Below are positions 12,593 through 23,613 of a DNA stretch of 64,000 nt, in pieces. Positions within the stretch are counted from its first letter, which is position 1, and each line of letters opens with the position of its first letter. Origin of the DNA: Kudoa neothunni (lineage: Eukaryota; Animalia; Cnidaria); NCBI GenBank assembly GCA_964304625.1, contig OZ199838.1:9939741-10003740 (forward strand), read 5' to 3'. Made by a program: the position numbers and the translations under genes. A model generated the notes under the pieces. It was not told the origin of the DNA. It did no database searches and saw only the letters and a program-made list of their open reading frames with translations.

Positions 12593-13832
12593 CCAGGTTT
12601 TACATCCAAGACCGAACAAAATGACGATCAAAACCGGACAGTTTTACTAAATTGGCCTATAATTCGAAATTTAACGCCGCATTTCATATAAAAAAGACGT
12701 AATGAATGTAATATTATAAAATTGAGAAATTTCTTTTCAGTTAGGTTAATTTCTAGGAACGTCCTTTAAAGTGTGACAATAATCTAGAAACGTTTCACTG
12801 TGCTGAAAATAGTTTTTCAAATTATTTTCAGTCACAGATTGGGTGGAAACTGTTATTCGTTGAATTAAATCATTGTTTCCTCGAATAGGACCATCCTTGG
12901 GGGTGTCACTTTTTATTTGTGAAAATACCTCCTCGCATGGGTTCAGAAACGGTGAATATCGGGGCAGATATTTAATTTCATATGGATAATCGTCGTAGAA
13001 TTCCATATTGGAATGATGGAATCCGACGTTGTCCATAACAATAATGAAGTCCCCATTTCCCAACACATCACTTACTTTCGTTTGGAATGTTTGGAATATT
13101 TCACAATTTACGCCCTCGGTAATGGCTTCATAGTGGACGACACTTATCGCACTCATAGCGAGGATCATTGTGACGTTAGGTCCTCTGCTGTCAATCACTA
13201 CAGGATTGGGGATTGTGCCAACAAGAGAGCGTCCATGTGAGCGTAGCAAGTGAATCGAGAAGGGGCTTTCGTCAATAAATATAAGTTTCTCATATCTCAC
13301 ATTTATTGACAGGTTTGTATACCAATTGGGGTAATCCCTTCTTTCATGTTTAACCTCAAGAGAATTGCGGCTTTGGGGTATTTGTCGTGTCATTTTGAAC
13401 GATATGTTCATTTTTTCAGCCACCTCCATACGGTTATTTGGCAAACTTCCAAATTAAGGCGTTCAATCATCCGTTGTAAGGTGATCGTGCAGTCATCCTC
13501 AATTAGTTGAAGCAATTTGGTTTTTGCTTCGTCAGTTAATTTTACACGACGTGGACCACCTCTTACGCCCTTTTCGTAAGTTTCATGTTCTTGACGTCGT
13601 TTAATCATGTCGCAAAGGGTTGATTTAGGAATTTTCCTTTCCCGCGACACCAAAGAAAGAGATTTCCCTCGTTAATTACGAGCCCAATAGCTAATTTTCT
13701 TATGTCTTTTGAAACGCCTTGTCTTGGAATTATACATATTTTAATTATAATTGTTGTTACGATGTTCTTTGCTTAAAAAACGCGCTGTCCAGTTTGATCG
13801 TCATGTTGTCCGGCTTTGGATGCAAAACCCGG
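12593..13832 (-). mobile_element. Tc1/mariner-IS630-like DNA transposon (DD32E spacing), frameshifted
   Basis: ~48-bp imperfect TIRs (CCAGGTTTTACATCCAAG... / ...TTTGGATGCAAAACCCGG) with TA flanks. HTH ORF 13408-13653 and DDE ORF 12746-13444 (FIDESPF, VMDNVGFH, LPRYSPFLNPCEE). Confidence 0.88.
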
Positions 13833-15583
13833 TACATTTTACTGATAATTCAAAAATTATAGCAAACCCCGATCATTCTAATTATGATAAATTTTCTAAA
13901 ATTCTGCTAGTTTTGAATTCCATCAGAAAGTCCTGTTTGTTAGTCTAATGTGATAAAAAAATTTCATAGAAGAACAAATGATCCCATTTAAAGGTCACCG
14001 TAAAGCCAAACAATACCCCCTGAATAAACCAACGAAATGGGGTTTCAAAGTGTTTGCTAGGTACGGAATAAATGGAATGGTGCCCGATTTTCATATATAC
14101 GATGGAAATAGACCTAATATTTCAAAAAGTTGTGGATTGGTGTCTGGTGAGTTCCTGATAAAATTATGCGAAAGCTTACCTTCATCCAAAATATACATTG
14201 TGTATTTTGACAATTGGTTTACCTCGATTCCCTTTCAGATTTTTCTGAAAAAAAAGAAATATTTATTCCGTGAGTACAATTCGTAAGAATAGAATTAAAG
14301 GATGCCCATTAAAAAATGAAATGGATTTGAAAAAACAGAGGAGAGGAGCCCACGAAACCATTCACGAATCTAACAACTGAATTTCCATAACACGCTGGTT
14401 TAACGGATCCATTGTAACTCTCTCCTCAACTCATTCATCAACGGAACCAATAAAGACTGTGAAGAGATTTGACAGATCAAAAAAAGAATGCTTAATATCC
14501 CGTGCCCTGCAATTGTCGCGGAATACAATAACAATATAGGCGGAGTCGACTTGTCTGGTATGCTTGCGTCGCTCTCTGTTACGAACCATAAAAGCAGGAA
14601 ATATTATTTTAGAATTTTCTCTTGGGCTCTGAATACATGCGTTGTAAATACATGGCTACTCTACAAAAGAGATTGTACCATTAGAAATGTTCGGAAAAAT
14701 GAAACATTAGATTAAATGCATTTTTCATTAAAAATAAATGAAACCCTTCGATATCATCGTCAGGTATCTTGTGCCATCAGAAAACGTGGTAGGTCGTCTT
14801 TGGATAACTCCATGGGGAAAAATGATTCTATTGAAATCGAAAATATTCCAGTAAAATCAAATCCACGTAGCTATCACATAAGATTCGACCACATTGGACA
14901 TTATCCTGAGATAGTGTCCTCAATGTCTAGATGTAAATTATGTCAGCGAAAAACCCAATCCATGTGTATAAAATGTCATTGCTATTGTTGTCTTACAACA
15001 AATAGAAACTGTTTTATCAATTACCATATTGAAAACCTATAAAATCTTTTACAAATCTAAATGATTCCCTTTTATACGCAAACGAGTGAACAAAATGATT
15101 ACTTTGCCACGAATGCCAAATGTCTACCGTAGTAGCCAGATTAAAAAAGATTCTATAAGATTTTATAAAAGCTTTTAATTCGATAAATAACAATAAAATT
15201 GGAATAATTCGAGTTTATAAATGTGTGAAAAATTAGTTTTTTAAAAAGTAAAAAATTTGTCACGAAAGGGTTAACAGTTCATTGGACACAAATAAATGTC
15301 TGGATTACATTATAATTTTCATATTTTTGTGCAATGAGATTTCTGTTTTGACGTACAAAATAAATTGTCAATTAGAGGCAGAGCATCGATTTTATTGTAG
15401 ATCTGATATAAATAACGATATTACCGTCCCCTTAAACTCACAGACAATAATAGGGAAGATCACAGAATGCAAATTTTAACTTTTACATTGATATATGCGT
15501 TTAAGTTGAACATTGGAGACCTTTTTAGTCCATTTTGTCGATAACTATTTTGTTGTGCCATAATGTTTTAATCTAATTAATTA

Positions 15584-17632
15584 CAGTCGAGATTGGATAT
15601 TGCGTGACTGGATATTGCGTAATTAGAGATTTTTAAAGTTATCCTTTAAAGAGAGAAATTTAGTTTTTTCAAATTGTTATTATCTTATTGTAATGTAAAA
15701 ATATTTGTTAACAAAAAATTTAAAAAAATTTATTAATACAAAAAGTCTCGTTATTGCGTGGAAATTTTTTATTGCGTGGTTGTTAGGCGCAGCGTGACTC
15801 GTTATTGCGTGGTTTTTTGTGGTCAATTGGTTTAATTCAGATAGTGTTTTTTTCATTATGTCCCGTGAACAACGCAATATTTCAGAGAAAATGGAAATCA
15901 TCCATTACTACAATTCAATAAAAACGTTGAAGGGTGCGAAATCAATGACAATTTCCAAGTTTAAATTGAGTGGTATAGTAGTCTTCTAATGAATAGTATT
16001 GTAAAATCACATTTAAGGTCATTCAACACTTGATAGAATTCTTTCGCACGAAGATAAATTCAAAAATACAGATATTGAAAGTAAAAGGAAGAGACATTCG
16101 GCAGGCAGATTCAAAAATATAGACGATGAAGTGTATGATTGGTTTGTTAAACAACGGTCGAATGGTAACGTTCTGTCAGGAGATGCCATTATCAAAAAAG
16201 CTTCTTATATTGCAAATGAAAACAAAGTTTCCAATTTTAAAGCCAGCAAGGGATGGCTTGCAGGGTTCAAGTCAAGATATGGGATAGTTTTCAAAAAGTT
16301 CCATGGCGAGGCTGCGAGTGCAGATGTTGCATCTGTCGACTCATGGATTATTGAGAACATTGATTTGATTAGAGCATATAATCCAAAAGACGTTATTAAC
16401 ATCGACGAAACTGCTCTTTATTATGAGCAGTTACAAAATAGTAGTTACGTTTTAAAGGAGGAAGTCGGGATTAAGGGGAAAAAATTATCCAAAAAAAGGG
16501 TGACTGTTTTACTGTCCTCAGCTTTAAATGGGGATAAGTTCCCATTAGTTGTTATCGGGAAATTTCAAAATCCTAGATGTTTTAAAAGAGTCAAACACCT
16601 CCCTTGTGAATATTATGCACAAAAAAGTGCATGGATGACTTCTAGTATATTTATCGAAATAATGAAAAAGTTTAACCGAAGGATGATAAATCAGAATGGA
16701 AAAGTCTTAATTTTGTTGGACCAATGTCCAGGCCATCCAAAAAATATTGATTGCTTTGAAAATATCAAATTTTTGTTCTTACCTAAAAATACAACTAGTA
16801 TTTTACAACCCCTTGATTTAGGAGGCATCATTCGCTGCCTTAAAAGCAGGTACAAAAGTTCAATGACCGAGCGAATGGTTTTATGCGAAGATTCTATCAT
16901 AAAAAAATATACATTGCTTGACTCAATGATAACATTAACTAAATGTTGGGAAAGTATTCCGCCGCAAATTATTATTAATTGCTTTAAAAAATCAAAAATA
17001 TTTGGAGGTATTAAATAAAATTACGACAATAAAGTTATTATCAGTTTATAGACCAAGAAGATGTGAGTGAGATACCTCAAATCAGCAACTGTTCTCAAGG
17101 TAATATTTAACGTATACGTAATTAATTTTTTCTAGATGAAATCGAAGATTCAGAAAATATGTTTGATGACGATTATGAAGCAACATGCGAGGAAGAAAAT
17201 AATGAGGACTTATTGCCCATAAGTGACGAATCTGACGATAGCGAATCAATCATTGAAGACATCAAAGTTTCAATTAATCAAATGAAAAATGCAGTGAACG
17301 TTCTGAGGGAAGCTTTTATTAAAGAGGATCCGAGGGGATTGTTTGATTTACATCCCATAATGGACCGAGTTTTAAAAATATCAAGAGAAAGATTCCGACA
17401 AACTAAAATTACAAGCTTTTTCGACAAAATTTGATAAATCACATTTCATTTAATTAAATAATATATTTATATATAAAAATTTGATTTTCACTAATTGGCA
17501 TCGGACGTAAACACGAAAAAATCATATTTTATAGTACACTGCGCACGCAAAGGTCTGGATATTGCGTAAAAATTTTTTATTGCGTGGGTTTTTGTTGGTC
17601 CCAGAAACCCACGCAATATCCAATCTCGACTG
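15584..17632 (+). mobile_element. Full-length pogo/Tigger DNA transposon
   Basis: Perfect 23-bp TIRs CAGTCGAGATTGGATATTGCGTG, TA TSD on both sides, subterminal TATTGCGTG repeats. Confidence 0.95.
15858..17434 (+). CDS. Spliced pogo/Tigger transposase, ~483 aa, apparently intact (DD31D)
   Basis: Exons 15858-15972, 16018-17007, 17052-17099, 17136-17434. GT-AG introns of 45, 44 and 36 nt restore one open frame (1452 nt). Motifs: FKASKGWLAGFKSR, NIDETAL, LLDQCPGHP, LQPLD, C-terminal PIP box QTKITSFF. Confidence 0.85.
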
Positions 17633-17733
17633 TATATGAGATAATGTATAGCAAATTATTTTTAATATGTTTGAAAGTTCTTCTCGAATAATATATCGTC
17701 AAAATTTATTTAACAAGAATATATAGTCCTTAA

Positions 17734-17930
17734 CATTATTCGGGTGACATCGCAAAACTTCGTTTGGCAGGTTTTTCGCCAATATTGTGGGATTTTGTCG
17801 ATAGAATTTTTTTATTTTTTCATGGTAAAGTTTTAAAAATTATTTAAATTCATAATATTAAATAAAAAAGTGGGATCTAATAGACCCCAACAGCAATAAG
17901 TGTATAGTCGATTTTGAGGCGCTCGGAAGG
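17734..17930 (+). mobile_element. Short TTAA-flanked piggyBac-like MITE
   Basis: Flanked by TTAA. The 3' ~60 bp (AGTCGATTTTGAGGCGCTCGGAAGG|TTAA) is similar to 25970-26037. Confidence 0.5.
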
Positions 17931-20900
17931 TTAAACAATTTCAATAAATTTCTCAATTATGTAAGGTTAATCGGGAATATAAGGTCGCATATAAAGTGTT
18001 ATTTTTCGAATAGAATTTTCTGGATTATCAAATAATAATCCCCGATTAATTATTGGTAGCAATTCTATAAATCTTTTTGAAAATTGAATTTATTTGCAAA
18101 ACAAAAAAAAATAACATAAAGATTTAATGTAAACAACAATAAAATAAATGATAAAATAAAATATTTATCGTAAACAAATACAACAGCAACCTTTTTTCAC
18201 AAGACATTATTTCATTATTGTCTTATTTTATGTAAGTTTTTAAATTCAACAAATGACCTACTTACTAATCATGTTAAAAAATTTAATAGTTCCTATGATT
18301 TTTTTCACGGGTTATTCTATGTAATAAAATTTAAGAAAGTTCAATGTGACGACAAAAATATTGTCAACATATAAAATTTAGTGGAAATGTTTGTATAATT
18401 CTTATTTAACAGAACGAAATTTGTAAAAAAAATTATCAACTAGAAAAATTATCAATACATCCTTAGATTTAGGCGAGTTTAAATAATTGAATATCCACTG
18501 CATATAAACTAATTAGATGTATTTCGTGTAATGCTCAAATTATATATTTTTAAGGAGTTTTAATTTAGGATTAACTTTTTTAATATCGGAGGAATTGAAT
18601 AATGATAAAAAATAGTCTTTTCACTACAAATTAGGAATAAAAGAGAAAATTTAATGTTATTTTGCCTCGCTGATAATTCCACATGATAGGACTTTGCCCA
18701 ACGTGGAAATTTTAATATTTATAAGTTCTTTGTTTTCATGGAATATTTCCTCTTTATATTTTTGAAGTTAACTAAAAATGCGAAAATGGACATTAATTGA
18801 AAGGTGATGATTTTCGAGTTAAATACACTCCTTCATTGCCCATATCTTTCCATAAAAAATAGTGATTTATGTGTAACGAAAATTAAAAATTTGAACGTAA
18901 TAATGAGTTCTGTGGCATAGAATTATATAGTTCCCGTACTTTAAACCCTACATTTTTTTGTATTATGTACATAACGTCTGGACCCATAGTTTGTCCATCT
19001 TTATTATAGAGTTTCAAATATGAATTAGATTTCTTCGAATATAGGCTCGTTTGATCAAACATTAAATCTATAACTTCAAATCAATTGATTGATCGTTTTG
19101 AAGTAGTCTATCAGATAATAAAGTTAATTTATTGTAACGCCAAGAAAGTCCACGTTCAACAAAAGGACAATAACTAAACTATCCGAACGCTAAGGCCGCC
19201 TTACGGCAGCCTATGTATGTTATTCTGATAACATGGATTAACAATGTTAATCCGTGTTACATTAATTTATTCAAATCGGCAATCAGAATTCTCAAAATCA
19301 GAAATATTATCCCATGTATTATTTCCTTTATTTCTGTTAAACTCAAATTTTCGTTTTTCTTTGTCAATAAACTCAACATGGCATTTAGAACGGTCATCGC
19401 GTTTAAAATATCGAAATTTTAATTTCCTGCGACATCAGAACCAAGTAAAATAATTATTGTTTGAATCACTTTTCCGCTTTCTCGTTACTGTTCAAAATAA
19501 AGTAATCCATATCTTAATGCGCATGTGCCAATCGATCCCAGATGCATTTAAATATACAAGCTATTATATTCAGATAACTATTGATTTCTCAAAGTTTCTT
19601 CCATGACTAATTATTTGTTATGGGAAATTCGAAATATTTTTAAATTTGATTCTAATAAAAAAATAATGATCGATTAGATGTTCTTAATCTTACATATTTG
19701 ATACATGCTCCATCATTGGGTTAAAGTTCAATATTTTTTCACGATACAATTAAAAGTGTTCACACTTTAAGATACTTAAAAACATCATATATTAATATAT
19801 TATATCGAATTTTTAGTTTAATACAATGACTAATGTCATTAAAACATTGTGTTTTAGGCATGTGCATTCAAATGCACACAGGAATCGAAGGGATCGACTA
19901 TTCAGAAATTTCTCAAACAATTTAAGTTATTAATACCAATCAAATAGTTCAGACTCGTTTCGGAATCTCTACCACACATCCCAAAAATCTTTATATATCT
20001 AACTCATTAGGGGTAATACACGACCTTAAAATCTCGAAATGTGCTAAACGCATGTATTTTGTATCAGATATTGTATTTTAATTTGTTAACTTAAAAAACT
20101 ATTATCTCAAAGAGAGCAACAATAAAATAGACACTTTCGATCGGAAAAATTATATCAAACTGATGGTAGAGTGAGCTCGAGGATTCACGTGACTTCAAAT
20201 ATTCAAGCGGTTAAACGCAATTAAAAATAACAATAAACTAAAAAATTATACGCTATCCAACAAATACACTTATAACTAATTCAAAGATTAATTATTCTAA
20301 AGATAATTATTCCAAATTAAAAAATTAATCATGACTTAAATCGATATGACAATCTGATAAAATTGAGAATAAAGATCCTTAACATTCAATCTTTAAAGTA
20401 AAAACGATTTATGGGGAAATTGCATACCTAACCTCATTAATCTCTTTTAGATAATGAAGTTTAGAAGAATTAATCCTTGGCGTTCCGTAAGTTATAAAAT
20501 CATAGATATACATAAGTTAAAAGGAGAATCGTCAAAATGATACAAATAAATTAAAACTAATATTATTTATTCATTGCTTAAAATGATTCTCAAAAATCCA
20601 AATATCTACAAATTCAATTAATAACAAATTATTATATTATAAAACTGGAACCTCTATGCATTCATAAATCGCTAAATTATGCGTAAGACGGCTAAATTAT
20701 TGCAAAAAATATTATATTTCGTTAATTATCCTTCAAAACATTTAAATCAAATAAAATTTAGTTTAAGGTTCATCCACACGAAATCAATAAATAAAAATTC
20801 AATAACTTGTTTTACCTAACCATTACTTAACATATGAACTTCGAGTAATTTATTGTATAATAATCTTATACAAATTCAAAATGAATTAAAAGCATTCTAT

Positions 20901-21024
20901 GCGTACGTGTCACAAATAAGTAATTGTGCAGTCAGACCCAACAGAATTCTTATGTACAGTTAGAGACCACAAAAATATTTTTGATAGAAAAATTACCATA
21001 TAATAAAAAACAAAAAGTCTAATA

Positions 21025-21369
21025 TCACTTTTTAGAAAATTGATTATTTAATACATTGCTGGCATTATTACCATTAGCCGTGGAATAGCCTGGAATAATT
21101 ATATCGTATTTGTTTTCCAAAACGGAGGATAGATGTCTCCATGTCAAACGTTCTTGACCTAATGAGGATGAAAGTTCACATGCGCTGTTCACAACTTCCT
21201 TTGCAAAGTTGTTAACATCGCTCAGAATTAGGTTGATAGCTTTATCATCTATTAGCTCATCCGTATCAATTTCATTCATGATTCTCATAACATCATTTCT
21301 GTTTGCGATAGACATCTCATTAGGTGGTCGTTTAAGTTTTTCATCGAAATTCTGTTGATTATTATCCAT
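21025..21369 (-). CDS. TAF12: TFIID subunit 12 (histone fold), intronless
   Basis: 114 aa with TAF12-like pattern: ID-DELIDD-A-L-L--NF-K-VV-SAC-LS ... LENKYDIIIPGY. Confidence 0.8.
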   Translation of the reverse strand: MDNNQQNFDEKLKRPPNEMSIANRNDVMRIMNEIDTDELIDDKAINLILSDVNNFAKEVVNSACELSSSLGQERLTWRHLSSVLENKYDIIIPGYSTANGNNASNVLNNQFSKK

Positions 21370-21584
21370 TCGCAGTCACAGTTGGAGCCTGCAACGCGCG
21401 TGCGTAATCAATACCTCCCCCTCGAGATTTTCCTCAAACTATCCCATTTTAAATAAATTCTAACATCAATAAATTTCTAAAATGTTAATAAATGGATTAA
21501 TCCAACAACTTCTATAAAAGTCAATTTTTAACATTGCTTATATTTCAATGCTTTTTTTGTTCGCAATTTCATGTCTTAACCTGC

Positions 21585-22023
21585 CTTATTAAAGTGTGGA
21601 GTTTTAGGTAGGTTCATTATTTTTATAGACACCCTAATGAGTCACAACATGTGATCTCTCATTTTATTTTTCTGCGTTCACGTGAGGTTTAACCAACCAA
21701 ACTTCCTCATCTCAATGCAACCACCATCCTAAACCCTACGTGTATTACCCCCTTCAAGAACGTTAGTTTTGTGGGGTCTGAAAGATTTCTTATTATCTAA
21801 TACATCCCTGACGATTTAAACATCTATCCCATCCCTTGGGTCGATCTATAACTACAGACGTATCATATATAATGATGAGCACACACTCCCTAATTACGAT
21901 ACCCATTACGGAATAGTAATGCACGGCGCAGAAACGGCGACCTTACTGAGGTTGAGGTTTGAACTCGCCGCCTCCATAGTCATGGTCAAACTGTCACAAC
22001 ACATGCACTATCCGTCAGGCGCC
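21585..22023 (-). mobile_element. tRNA-headed SINE-like element, copy 1
   Basis: A-box-like TAGTGCATGTG and B-box GAGTTCAAACC at the 5' end. The 3' half (AGGGTTTAGGATGGTGGTTGC...GAGATGAGG...GGTTAAA) is homologous to 30840-30920. TAATAA tail. Confidence 0.55.
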
Positions 22024-22093
22024 ACAAAACGCTATCCAAAGAAAGAAAACACAATTGTTAAACAAGTCGAATTTGATACAAAAATTAGTTAAA

Positions 22094-22711
22094 CTACAGT
22101 TGATTTTCATAAAGACGAATCTTGGCCACCTTTCTATTTTCGATTAATCCACTAGTATGATTGGCCATCTCTTTCCAAGAATAGGGAATAAGAACTTGTT
22201 GAGGGTTGCTGTGCGATAGCGCATAAATCACACCAAGTTCTTTCTCAGCTGTGCTAAGAAAAACCATATTTTTAGTACTACTATCGGATCTATGTGAATC
22301 AGCTACGGAGACGATTCTTGCCACAATAATATCATTCATTTGAAAGGCCTTCTGAACTGTATAACCCTCAACTTGATGACTCCATATGGTTTCTTTTTTA
22401 ATCACTCCGCTGAAAGTATGATACAAAGGTTGACCGTTGTTGCTGAGTATTTTCACATAGCACATATTCCTAGTTATTTTGGTAACTCTACACACACAAA
22501 CCGATCCCACACATGGTATATTTCTGCTGTTGGTGGGACGGGAGGGGTGTGAAATCACTTTTATTGTAGGTTTATCACTATTGGTCGAATTTTGAACCTT
22601 TTTTATTCCAGCCAACTTGGCGTGTACACCAGCTGCACATATGTAAACCCCCTCACCCGCATTGAAATCTATACTGCCACCTAGATAATCACCCGGAACG
22701 ACGAACTCCAT
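22094..22711 (-). CDS. EXOSC1: RNA exosome cap subunit CSL4, intronless
   Basis: VVPGDYLG, GEGVY, P-VGSV-CRVT, FSGVIKKE, F-NDIIVARIVS, LSTAEKELGVIYA, E-RKVAK. Confidence 0.92.
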   Translation of the reverse strand: MEFVVPGDYLGGSIDFNAGEGVYICAAGVHAKLAGIKKVQNSTNSDKPTIKVISHPSRPTNSRNIPCVGSVCVCRVTKITRNMCYVKILSNNGQPLYHTFSGVIKKETIWSHQVEGYTVQKAFQMNDIIVARIVSVADSHRSDSSTKNMVFLSTAEKELGVIYALSHSNPQQVLIPYSWKEMANHTSGLIENRKVAKIRLYENQL

Positions 22712-22758
22712 TAGTTAGTTTTTATACAATGAACCTAGTCACGTGGTCTATTTTAGTT
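22712..22758. promoter_or_regulatory. Minimal bidirectional promoter between EXOSC1 and RPP30
   Basis: Only 17 bp (to ATG 22729) or 47 bp (to ATG 22759) separate the divergent starts. Contains a palindromic E-box CACGTG at 22740-22745. Confidence 0.55.
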
Positions 22759-23613
22759 ATGCCACTGTACTCCGATTTAAATGTTATCTTCAATGAGGAT
22801 GTGGAAAAAACAATTGACCAACTTGTTTCCCTCAACTATGGTAGAATTGCTGTAAATATTGTGGAGACCGATTCTACTAATGTTAAAAATCCATCAATCA
22901 CTCCCAATATGTGTGGTGCACTTGAGAAGATTGATACTTTGAAACAAAAGTATAATAAAGATAAAAAAATTCAAATTTTCTCAAGAGTCACAATAATCAG
23001 TGCTAAATCCGTCAACTATCAACCTCTTTTTGAATCTCTCACCCAGGTGGGGTGTGATATTCTTGCATTCGTGCCCTGCTCGCAGGAATCATTTGAAAAC
23101 GCTTGTAACAATTTTAATGTGGATATCATATCATTTGAGAGGGAGTCGTTTTTTGGAATACGCTTGGGACATCATTTGACCACAGCTGTTGTGCATCGAA
23201 AAATGGTGGTTGAATTGTGTTATGCTACCATGTTCCAAAACGGCACACCAAACCAATGTTTTATGATCTCTCTTGGAATGCATCTGTTACGTCATTGTAG
23301 ACACAACAAATTCATTATTTCCAGTGGAGCATCCAATCCTTCATGTACGCTCGGAGTTTACGATGTTATCAATCTTGGTTATGTGTGTGGTCTCAAAAAG
23401 AATGAATGTCTTGCTACTATCACTGAAAATTGTAGGTTGGTTTGTAACCACAGTTACACAAGGAATCACACTTTAAGTGGTATCTTTGAAATCACTAAAC
23501 TTTCGAAAATAACCAATTCCGATCGATTATTATTCAAAGGGAGAGGTGCCACTAACAAACGTCGTCAAAACAAATCACTCCCCGTCCCAATAAAAAAATG
23601 CAAACAAAGTTAA
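22759..23613 (+). CDS. RPP30: RNase P/MRP protein subunit p30, intronless (alternative upstream ATG at 22729)
   Basis: YSDLN, LNYGRIAVN, CDILAFVP-SQESFENAC-VDIISF, ELCY, FIISSGA, YDVINLG; PHP/TIM-barrel RPP30 pattern. Confidence 0.9.
   Translation: MPLYSDLNVIFNEDVEKTIDQLVSLNYGRIAVNIVETDSTNVKNPSITPNMCGALEKIDTLKQKYNKDKKIQIFSRVTIISAKSVNYQPLFESLTQVGCDILAFVPCSQESFENACNNFNVDIISFERESFFGIRLGHHLTTAVVHRKMVVELCYATMFQNGTPNQCFMISLGMHLLRHCRHNKFIISSGASNPSCTLGVYDVINLGYVCGLKKNECLATITENCRLVCNHSYTRNHTLSGIFEITKLSKITNSDRLLFKGRGATNKRRQNKSLPVPIKKCKQS

Larger units (their letters stand above)
10502..15270 (+). mobile_element. Degenerate piggyBac (PGBD-like) element, split by two nested insertions
   Basis: 10502-10560 joined to 13835 reads YPPITECLSRMEFENIFKY|IHFTDN. 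Further fragments: MIPFKG, NKPTKWGFK, YFDNWFTS, YNNNIGGVDL and a Cys-rich C-terminus (CKLC..CIKC..C). Right end ...AAAGGG|TTAA at 15270. Confidence 0.85.

Noticed and set aside
7731-13832. Bacterial IS1595/IS630 contamination or recent horizontal transfer
   Set aside because: The elements are interleaved with eukaryotic TEs and spliced genes and share host composition; they fit eukaryotic Merlin and Tc1/mariner superfamilies.
15590-15815. CRISPR-like array of TATTGCGTG repeats
   Set aside because: Short, irregularly spaced subterminal repeats of the pogo element; no cas genes.
18000-21000. Short ORFs in AT-rich intergenic DNA (19213-19453 etc.)
   Set aside because: Low-complexity I/K/F/N-rich translations typical of chance ORFs.
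21725-21740. CTAAACCCT as a telomerase RNA template
   Set aside because: It lies inside a SINE-like repeat and is not conserved in the second copy (CCAAACCCT).
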